Part shown: piece after piece, positions 39,088 to 64,000 of the stretch
How positions within the stretch are numbered: position 1 is the first letter of the stretch
How the letters are laid out: each line of letters opens with the position of its first letter
DNA from: the human T2T-CHM13v2.0 reference genome, Homo sapiens
NCBI RefSeq assembly: GCF_009914755.1
Contig: NC_060943.1
Strand: one strand, 5' to 3'
DNA: 64,000 bases
Position numbers and translations under genes: made by a program
Notes under the pieces: model-generated
The model's input: only the letters and a program-made list of their open reading frames with translations
The model's database searches: none
What the model was told of the DNA's origin: nothing

Positions 39088-40048
39088 TAGAAATCATTTT
39101 TATGTCATTGGGCAGTTTAAAGATGTTATGTGATACATTAATGCATAAAACTGGATAGTTTCTGAGCCATAGTAAGTGACTCATCCGAATGTCATTATTA
39201 ACCTTAAAGAGTGATGCTATGTTACATTTCCTTCTGAACTCTAGGGAATAGGGCCTTTCTTACTCTCCCAATTTCTCTTTCCACTTATATTCTGCCTATC
39301 AGCCTCTCCCACCTTCTCCTTCCACCCATTCCCTGAGTGTCAATCAGACACTAAGAAGCAGTAGTTTGCCCATGTCTTCCTATATCTCCTGTTTTCCAAA
39401 AACCTCAGGGTGACATTTGACCTTCTGTGTCCCACACTCAGGCTGCTGAGGGCACTGAGGCCATCTGTCATGTGTGTGGATTGGTGCCACTGCAGAGCCT
39501 TGGCCTCTGCCCGCGTGGGTTCCTTGAGCTGCTCATCCAACCCTGAGTGTCTGTGCAGTCCCTGTTCAGCCCTTCAGAGTCTGTTCCAGATTGTCCCCTC
39601 CTCAGTGCCACATCTGCACTTGAAAATCTCAAAAGCACAAAACTCAACATGCCTAACAAGGAACCCATGATCTTGCTCACTCCTGCCACCTCCCAAGTTT
39701 CCGTGAATGGTTCTGCCATCCAGGCAGATTAGGGGACTGGCCCCAACCTCAGACAAGTCAACCCCTCCACCTCCATGAGTCCCTGCATCCAGCCAACTAG
39801 ACAGTTTTTGTCTCCAGGCACAGATGTCTCAGCATGTGAGTGCTGATGTGTTAGCAGGCTTTCAGGTTGAAAAGAAAGTCTCCTGTCTTGTATTGCTTGA
39901 TCAGCAGCCCTTACATGTTCATCTCAACTTCTCTTTTCCTTACTGGAAGAGGTCTTGCCCCAGTCATGGCCAATTCCTATACCAGGGTCTAGAACACACT
40001 TCCTTTCATGGACATCCTTTCTTCATTTATATTCTGCTTGTTTTGTGA

Positions 40049-43500
<3,452 letters not shown>

Positions 43501-43903
43501 TTTTGTTACTCACTTCCTGTCTTCCATGTGGGCTCATTAGGTGCTCCTTCCTCGTGTTCTTGTAGCAACACAGCATGTCCTTGCTTAGTTGCTTACAGGA
43601 AGCTTACCATGCACGGTGTCGTCGTTACTCTGTCTACCCAGGTCCAATCTGTAATTGTGAAGGTGGCTCCACGAACAGACGCATTGTCTCCTGACCCAGC
43701 CTCTGCCCCTAGGTCTCCCATGCAGAATATCCCGAGTCCAAGGACCAGGATAGAAAGAAATTGCAAACCCAAGAATTTGAGATACAGAAAATAGCAACAC
43801 AGAGGCAATATTTTTATCTATGGTTTTTCACAGAAATGGTAATATTCTTTTTTCCATGTTGTCCTTTACTAACAGGCCCTTTTGTGTGCTGGATTTCTTT
43901 CAG

Positions 43904-45531
43904 GCGACAAAGGAAAACCTAAGACCACAGAACCTACCACTTGTGAGCCAGCCTTGTCAGAGGGAATCTCACTTCAGGGACAAGTGACACAAGGAAACTC
44001 AGTGGACTCACAGTTGGGGCAAGCCGAGGATCAGGATGGGCTATCAGAAATGCAGGAAGGACACTTCAGACCAGGAATAGATCCCCAGGAGAAGTCTCCT
44101 GGGAAGATGAGCCCTGAATGTGATGGTTTAGGGACAGCTGATGGTGTGTGTTCAAGGATTGGACAGGAGCAAGTCTCTCCAGGAGATACAGTCCATAGCC
44201 ATAACTCATGTGAGTCAGGTAAAGATCCCATGATTCAGGAAGAGGAAAATAACTTTAAATGCAGTGAATGTGGAAAAGTATTTAACAAGAAACACCTCCT
44301 TGCTGGACATGAGAAAATTCACTCTGGAGTTAAGCCCTATGAATGCACAGAATGTGGGAAAACCTTTATTAAGAGCACACATCTCCTGCAACATCACATG
44401 ATCCACACTGGGGAGAGGCCCTATGAGTGCATGGAGTGTGGAAAGGCCTTCAACCGCAAGTCATACCTTACCCAGCACCAGCGGATTCACAGTGGAGAGA
44501 AGCCTTACAAGTGCAATGAATGCGGAAAGGCCTTCACCCACCGCTCCAATTTTGTCTTGCATAACAGGAGACACACTGGAGAAAAATCCTTTGTGTGCAC
44601 AGAATGTGGCCAAGTCTTTCGACATAGGCCAGGCTTTCTCCGGCACTATGTTGTCCACAGTGGTGAGAATCCCTATGAGTGCTTGGAGTGTGGCAAGGTC
44701 TTCAAACACAGGTCATATCTCATGTGGCACCAGCAGACTCATACCGGGGAGAAGCCCTATGAGTGCAGTGAATGTGGGAAGGTCTTCTTGGAGAGTGCAG
44801 CCCTGATTCACCACTATGTCATCCACACTGGAGAGAAGCCCTTTGAGTGCCTCGAGTGTGGGAAGGCTTTCAACCACCGATCCTACCTCAAGAGGCACCA
44901 GCGGATTCACACTGGGGAGAAGCCCTTCGTGTGCAGTGAATGTGGAAAGGCCTTCACCCACTGCTCTACTTTTATCTTGCATAAAAGGGCCCACACTGGA
45001 GAAAAGCCTTTCGAGTGCAAAGAGTGTGGGAAAGCCTTTAGCAATCGGAAGGACCTCATTCGCCACTTCAGCATCCACACTGGAGAGAAGCCCTATGAGT
45101 GCGTGGAGTGTGGAAAGGCCTTCACCCGCATGTCGGGCCTCACGAGGCACAAGCGGATTCATAGTGGAGAGAAGCCCTATGAATGTGTTGAGTGTGGGAA
45201 ATCGTTTTGCTGGAGCACAAACCTCATTCGACATGCCATTATCCACACTGGAGAGAAGCCCTATAAATGTAGTGAATGTGGAAAGGCCTTCAGTCGCAGC
45301 TCGTCCCTCACTCAGCATCAAAGGATGCATACTGGGAAAAATCCCATCAGTGTAACAGATGTGGGAAGACCTTTTACAAGTGGACAAACCTCAGTTACCC
45401 TTCGAGAACTTCTTTTAGGGAAGGACTTTTTGAATGTAACCACTGAGGCAAATATTTTGCCAGAGGAAACATCTTCCTCTGCATCTGATCAACCATACCA
45501 AAGAGAAACCCCACAAGTGTCTTCACTGTGA
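43904..45531 (+). CDS. ZNF264: ZNF264 coding exon 4: spacer, 13 C2H2 zinc fingers, C-terminal tail
   Basis: ttcag|GC GAC AAA; 13 CxxC-x12-HxxxH units with TGEKP-type linkers; exons sum 33+127+96+1628=1884 nt = 627 aa plus stop; sequence matches ZNF264 as recalled. Confidence 0.97.
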
Positions 45532-46149
45532 GAAAACCTTCTGTTGCTGAATATTACTTGTCATCTGAAGAGTCATATTAGAAATTCGTTCAGTCTAGAG
45601 CCTTATTCTCCATCTGATAATTTATCCTGGAGAGAGACCCAGTGGTTATTGTGCACATAGGAGAACCTTCAGCTGCATCTTTCTCCTTAGTTTACAGTGC
45701 AATTTTATCTCAGGAATTATTTTTAAAAGGAGGAGGGGACATAGAAAAAATGAAATGCAAGCACACATCTTTTCAGGCTTCTCTGCCAAGCCTATGGCGC
45801 TTTGTCATGGATTTCTTAGTGTATTTGGGGGAAGGGAAATGTTTCAAGGTAAAGAACCTTGACCCTTTATGTGCTTGTATGTACATTTATTGCTATCCAG
45901 TGTCAGAACAGTTAGTTTAGGAAAAGTATGCAAACTTTAATCGCACATCTTCTGTATTCCACAATAGTACTTACTCTTGAGAAGCATAACTTTATGACAA
46001 CTTAGGGGGCTTGAGCCATGAAATACTCACGTTTAAGTCAGTAAGGATACACATGTTAACATTCAGGCTTTTGTCTTGATGCCCGTCTTTTGGTTTACGT
46101 CATCATTGTAGCCATATGGTAAATTTTTATTTGTTAAATTTTTAAAAAT

Positions 46150-51400
<5,251 letters not shown>

Positions 51401-53179
51401 TTTAACGCCAAAGAAAGACTCTCAGAGAATAGACAACTATATTCCAAAGTCATGGTTCTCTGGTGGTTTGTCTTGACATTTGAATAGAAATGTTAAACTA
51501 TCTGGGGGAATAGAAAGCCCACAGTCTTCTGAGTTGTGCTACACCAATATTTCTATGAACAGATCTTACAACTGAGAGTGATCTGCAGATTTTTCAGAGT
51601 CATGTTCTCCATGGAATGTTTGTAAAATTCCCTAGCTCTCTGCACTGAGCTGAGATCGTGCCACTGCACTCCAGCCTGGGCAACAGAGCGAGACTCCATC
51701 TCAAAAAAAAAAAAAATTCTCTAGCTCTCTATGCCTTGTTGTATCCTCAGGAAGGAGTCACCTCTCTTCCAGGATCACTCTTGCCTTTTGTTATTGGACA
51801 CATTTTCCTACCTCCTGCCCAGTCTTTTTTAGGCTCTCTGTCATACTTCCTCGCCTAGTCTTTAACTTGTCTCTGATAACCAGATTTTTCCCCCATAATC
51901 TGTATCTGTATTCAAGTCTCTATCCTCATCCCCAAATGGATTTCACCCCGCTTGTCCATCAGTCTCTGCCCATTTCTTCTGTCTCCCACAGACATGGTCT
52001 GTGTAGTTGTTCTGCACACTACCCGTCCTCGCCCCTTCTCATTTCCCTCACTCCACGGACAGCTACAGGAGGGCTTCCATCATTTGTCCTCTTACTTCCT
52101 TGTTAGAACTTTGTGCTGCTGACCACCACTCTGAACCAAAACTTCTTTCTTGGTTCTTGAAAGTTGCTGTCTTTCTCCTCCAGAGGGTCTGTGTCTTCCT
52201 TCCAACTCTTAAACATTTTTGTTTCCCAGAATCCATCATTGGCCATTGCTTTTTCACTTGCCATGAGCTCTGTGAATGAGATGGTTCCTGCTGAAGACAT
52301 TTACTTTCAATGATCTACAGAATTTCCCAAATCTATGTCTCCAGACTGGATGTTTCTCACGTCTGTGGCCCACTGGGCATCTTCTGCACTTTCTCTGCAT
52401 TTGTAAACACTGAGCCTGTATGCGTGTCTATGTGGCCATGGCCCTGGCCGTGGGGATGCACCCATAATTATAATGAGAGCAGGCGAATGTCATGTGGCTA
52501 TGTATGAGACATTGTTGTGAATGTTTTACATGCATCAGCTCTTTCAACATTTACAGCATCTGTGTGTGGTAGGTAATGTTGTTTCCTTCATTTTGCAGAG
52601 CAGAATATAGATAGGCTCAAGTTAAGAATTTGCCCAAGGTTACACAGTTATGAAGTTTGGATTTAGGAATGGGAGGCCACGTAGACTGGCTTCAGAATTC
52701 ATGTCTTTAACCACTTTATTGCTTCTCATGTTGGGGGGTTTGTTTTCTGGTCACTATTTTTACTAAAGTTGATTCAACAATGCTATAATCTGTTACTCTC
52801 ATTCGACAATACATCTTGACTGTTTCTTCAACTTGAGGAAGGTAAACCAAAGCCACTCTTTAATGGGTGCAAATATCTGTTGTAACTATGTAGAAGATAC
52901 AGTGTCTGGGTTTGAGGACAGGGGAGTGGGAAAACTGAGTAGGGAAGCGGTAAGACATGCATCTGGCTTTAGGAGTGTTTGAAGTGCCTAAAGATCAGGG
53001 TGAATTTCCCAAATTTGAATCTTGTTGCCCAAGCCACATTGCAACCACCTCTTTTTCTCTTACCTCGTCCCCACATCCAGGCACTGCCCCATTCTGTTCA
53101 TTCCACCTTTTTTTTTAGTAGACCCTCCATATATGTGTGTGTTTTGGTGAATGGCCACACACAGCAAAGTTATTTTTAT

Positions 53180-54947
<1,768 letters not shown>

Positions 54948-55044
54948 TTACAGTGGAACTTATGAACACCCTAGCCTAGAGATTTAATTTAGTGATGAAA
55001 AGGTACAGAGAGAGTCTTTCAAGAAAGGACCTAGTCTGCTCGCG

Positions 55045-55152
55045 TTCTCTCTCTCTCTATATATATATGTATATGTGTGTGTACATATGGACCACTTCAA
55101 GCTACACACACACACACACACACATATACACGTGTATGAATATATATATATG
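55045..55152. repeat. Compound (CT)n(AT)n(GT)n/(CA)n microsatellite
   Basis: Directly visible. Confidence 0.85.
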
Positions 55153-55684
55153 GCTATAAGTGGTGCGACTTGCAGGTACTCCCTTTGTTCACCTTTGTAA
55201 AGATGTTATTGCCAGTTCAGTGTGTATTTCTATAGTATATATGTAAACAATTTGTCATCCTTTTGTTGCTGCTTTTGAAACTAGTTCATGGCTTCAGTGG
55301 GGGAGAGATTTAAATAATATGGGTTTATAATTTCTGCATTATTAAATGCAGATAACTTGTGATTAAAGAGTATGTTATTGGAATCATGTTTGCCTGAGTT
55401 TTACTTTGGAGGAGTTGAACAGCTGACTCCAGCCGAGAGGTCCCCTACAGAGACGGGATGTTGGAGACCCACGGGAATCTGGCTTGTGGGAATTGCACAG
55501 CACCCTTTTTATCATACCGCAGCATGGCCTTTCCTGTCTCGATTGTGGGAAGCTGGAGTGCCTCTGCAATGTTCAGTAGTGTGCTTGGGTTTTGAGGGTC
55601 AAAGATTTTTAATCTTTGCCACAGGCATGTTACACATCTTAAAATTGTGTGGTCTCAACTGAACTGCTCCAAGGAGAAGAAACA

Positions 55685-57020
55685 CTGCCTTGGGCGCCCA
55701 GTGTTGGATTACAGGTGTGAGCCACCACACCCAGGCTGTATTGCCACTTTCGAGCGAAGAAATGGGCAAGGCAGAATAAACAAGTTATGAATTGGCTAGT
55801 TTGAATAATTTCAGGGAGCTCCAGAGTATATAGACTGCTTTTAGCTAGTAACTAGTACTGGGGTACTAGTTCCCAGCTAAAAGTAACTGAGTAAGAAGGG
55901 GGATAGTAGCTCCACATGTGAGAACTTGCCAAAGACAGTTGAGGGGTAGGGCTGTGGAATGGCTGGTTTGCATGTGACAGGCAAGATAGCGGAGGAGAAA
56001 TACCCTCTTGAGTAAGTGTTACGAGCCATGGGCCTTGTGTTGACTGGCCAGGTGACTTTAATGAAATTTTGTCACCCAGGCTGGAGTGCAGTGGCACATT
56101 CATAGCTCACTGCAGCCTCAATCTCTCGGGCTCAGGTGATCCTCCCGCCTCAACTTCCTGAGTAGCTGGGATTACAGGTGCTTGCCACCATGCCCAGCTG
56201 ATTCTTTTTTTTTTTTTTTTAAATCTAGAGATGAGATATCTGTGTTCGAAACCCAGTCTGGTGTCGAACTCCTGAGATCAAGTGGTCCTCCTGCCTCAGC
56301 CTCCCAAAGTGCTGGGATTACAGGCATGAGCTACTTTGCCTGGCTCAGCATGTGTTTTTATTCTGATATTTTGACAAATGAGACCTTGCTGATCCTGGAG
56401 ACACTGCTCCTCTTAGAGGTAGCAAAAGTCTCCTCCGCTTTTGCTAAGTTATGAATTGCTAAGCCAATTCGTAACTTGTTTATTCTGCCTTACCCATTTC
56501 TTCACTCGAAAATGGCAATACAGCCCGGGTGTGGTAGCTCACACCTGTAATCCAACACTGGGCGCCCAAGGCAGGAGGCTCACTTGAGGCCAGGAGTTTG
56601 AGACCAGCTTGAGCAACATAGCCAGACCCCATCTCTACAAAAAAAAAAAAAAAAAAAATTCACGGGGCACAATAGTGCACACCTCTAGTTGCAGCTACTT
56701 GGAGGCTAAGATAGGAGTGTTACTTGAGCCTGGGAGTTTGAGGCTGCAGTAAGCTGTGACTGAGCCACTGCACCTCAGCCTGGACAACAGAGCAAGACCC
56801 TGGCTCTTTAAAAATAAAATGAAGAAATGATAACACAGGCTTTACCCACACTTTCCCCTTCCTCCTGTCTCCTAACCAACCGTGAGTCTTCCCTGTTTAG
56901 CCCTGTGTGGCTTCATATACCCCCTCTTCATGGGAACTATGAGTTACACACTCATCAGTGGCAGTCTTCTGATCTGTTGGCATTGTCAACGCTAAATAAT
57001 AAAATCTACATTTTAAAAAA
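55685..57020. mobile_element. MER54/MER74-like LTR with an Alu insert, partly duplicated in inverted orientation
   Basis: Plus LTR 56351-57020 with AluJ ~56523-56820; inverted copy 55685-~56010. Confidence 0.65.
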
Positions 57021-57725
57021 CCTACCTGAAAGCACTCATGAATTTCAAGAATTTAGCAAAGCAAATCAGCCATTTCCATGTCATTTCCAAAGAACTGTGT
57101 CAGTGCACCAAGCCAAATGTGATACTTAGGTTGGAACTCAGTGGACAGCCATGGAAGGAGGAGGGGGTCAATGCCAAAGAGGGGCTCTCCAGATGCATTG
57201 GTAGGACCCAGGCGTTTGAGGGACCATTGTGTTAGCAAAATCTCAACGATCTGAGGGGTTGGGGTTTTTAGGAAGGTAGCTCCTGATGCCCTTCTCATAG
57301 CCCGACACTCAAGAAAGCTCAAGCACAACTAATTGAGGGCCCCAAATACACAACACCTTCCGATATCATTCTCCCCGGGCCACTTCTTAATGTTTGCAAG
57401 TTTGAAGGAAGAATGCCATCTCCCGGCCCGACCACATGGTGTTTTCTTGATTATCCTCCCTTTCATGGGCATCCTCCCTCCTTTCTTAAGCCTTTAGCCA
57501 TTTGTAGCTGTGTGGTCTTTCAACATCTCTGTACTCTTGTTCTTCCTAGTTCCATGTCCTGGCTCTCAGGTATAAGAACTCACATATGTTCAAAGTGTGT
57601 CTCTTGATCTTTGAAATTAGGCTTCAGCAGTGACAGTAATCTTTTTTCATCTCAGTTTCTTGACTTTTGGCATACATGTCATTTCAGCCACCTACAAGCC
57701 TATTTTCCATCTGCATGTTCTTTTG

Positions 57726-57727
<2 letters not shown>

Positions 57728-57761
<34 letters not shown>
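57728..57761. repeat. (TG)n microsatellite
   Basis: About 17 uninterrupted units. Confidence 0.95.
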
Positions 57762-57764
<3 letters not shown>

Positions 57765-57777
57765 ACATAGGATCTTA

Positions 57778-62925
<5,148 letters not shown>

Positions 62926-63039
62926 TAAAAGAATTCAATTTTTAATGTTTTTGAAACTTATGTGTTTGCTAAACAAATACGTGGGGGCTGATTTTACGAT
63001 CTGAGGCCAAAACCACAAACTGATTACAGGGTCCAACAA

Positions 63040-63780
63040 ATATTTGGCGAGTGGGAGGAGAGGGGTAAGTGAGCTGGACTGGTGGCGTCCTGGCTGTGAG
63101 CAGGCACAGCCGCAGGCTTCAGGGAGCCCCATCGCGGTGACCCTGGAGAGTGGCCTGAATCGGACGTGACCTTGAAGCAAGGTGGTTTTGGGGTCGCCGG
63201 CTGCACAAGGCGCAAAGTGGTTTAGGGTCACGGGCTGCACGAGGCTCCAGCACGTCAGGAGTGGGCGTCTGTTCATTCCCACGTGCATCGCGGCTCTCTC
63301 CTAGTTGACGCATGCACACCCCGTGGGTGTATGCGTTGTTCATTCCCACAACGGCCATCACCACCTCTCCGCACCCTCTGTCTCCTTCCTTCTCGGGCCT
63401 CACCCCTGGCCCTCGCTTTCAGTGCCCAGCCCGGACCGCAGCACTCCAGTTCCGCCCCAACCCGGGAACCCTGGACTGAGGCTCCCGTTTCTGTCCTTTC
63501 TATTGGGCGCACTTCCGATGGCGTCAGGAATTTCAGCCAATAGGAGCCAGCCAGGAAGTACCTCTCTGAGCGGTTGGTGCCGGGTATAAAAGAAGGCCGC
63601 GCAGCCACGGCTGCTCACGACGCCGCGGATCCCGAAGCCTGTGTAGCACTGAGACATCAGTGAGGTTGCAGGAAGCGCCCCCGGCCAGAAAGTGACCCCC
63701 CACCCCTTTCAGGACCCTGTGAACGGGAACAGCCATCCAGAGGGTTCAGGAAGGCGTCCGCGCCCTCACCTCTTCTCCCC
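63040..63780 (+). promoter_or_regulatory. AURKC: AURKC CpG-island promoter and 5'UTR
   Basis: ATTGG 63502-63506, CCAAT 63537-63541, MYB-type cggttg 63571-63576, TATAAAAG 63585-63592. Confidence 0.8.
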
Positions 63781-63838
63781 ATGAGCTCCCCCAGAGCTGT
63801 GGTGCAGCTGGGCAAAGCTCAACCTGCAGGCGAAGAGT
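63781..63838 (+). CDS. AURKC: AURKC (aurora kinase C) first coding exon, long isoform
   Basis: MSSPRAVVQLGKAQPAGEE plus T|gtgaga, matching the AURKC N-terminus as recalled; window ends in the polypyrimidine tract of the following intron. Confidence 0.93.
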
Positions 63839-64000
63839 GTGAGAGCCAGCGCCAGAGAAAGGACGCAGGGAAGGCTGGGGACTGGGCCAGGGGTCGGGTG
63901 CACAGAAGACACATGTGTTGACATCTCCCCTCCCTCTCCTCCTCCCCAACGCTCTTCTTTTCTCCCCACTCCCTCCCTTCCCTCCAATTCTTTCTTTCAC

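Noticed and set aside
43882-43903. Start of the 549-aa ORF as given in the track
   Set aside because: The first residues are intronic; the exon begins at 43904 after the AG acceptor.
45331-45345. Programmed -1 frameshift restoring finger 14
   Set aside because: G AAA AAT is not a canonical slippery heptamer, the restored finger lacks both His ligands, and a stop follows.
44423-45387. Alternative-frame and antisense ORFs over the zinc fingers (up to 224 aa)
   Set aside because: Shadow ORFs commonly produced by repetitive C2H2 codon structure.

Overview
Primate (very likely human, non-reference haplotype) genomic DNA that I recognise as the DUXA - ZNF264 - AURKC interval of 19q13.43, at the distal edge of the PEG3 imprinted domain. 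It contains: the first coding exon and TATA promoter of DUXA on the minus strand (94-118); a GC-rich VNTR/CpG island (~4380-5020); a full-length, disabled processed pseudogene of PTCD3 with target-site duplications (7738-11422), inserted just behind an ERVL-type LTR and its tRNA-Leu primer-binding site; the complete four-exon KRAB-C2H2 gene ZNF264 (CDS 24449-45531, 627 aa, 13 fingers), whose intron 2 holds a rearranged antisense HERV-L/MLT2A provirus; and the promoter and first coding exon of AURKC (63781-63838). Most other sequence is Alu, L1, L2/MIR, LTR and DNA-transposon relics, and nearly all other ORFs in the track are repeat artefacts. The most interesting observations are: (i) an L1-derived ~212-bp tandem array upstream of DUXA in which each unit carries a DUX-type double-homeodomain motif, alongside further DUX4-type motifs in THE1/MLT2 LTRs across the locus; (ii) three local duplications (two inverted, one direct) of similar apparent age landing in or beside ERV relics; (iii) a 5'-inverted HERV-L with a polyadenylated filler at the junction; (iv) a ZNF264 C-terminus read out of frame through fossil zinc fingers. 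I cannot claim a new biological system: the DUX-motif array is the best candidate and is an untested inference. Gene and repeat-family names come from recognition, not database searches; repeat boundaries are approximate unless a TSD is given.
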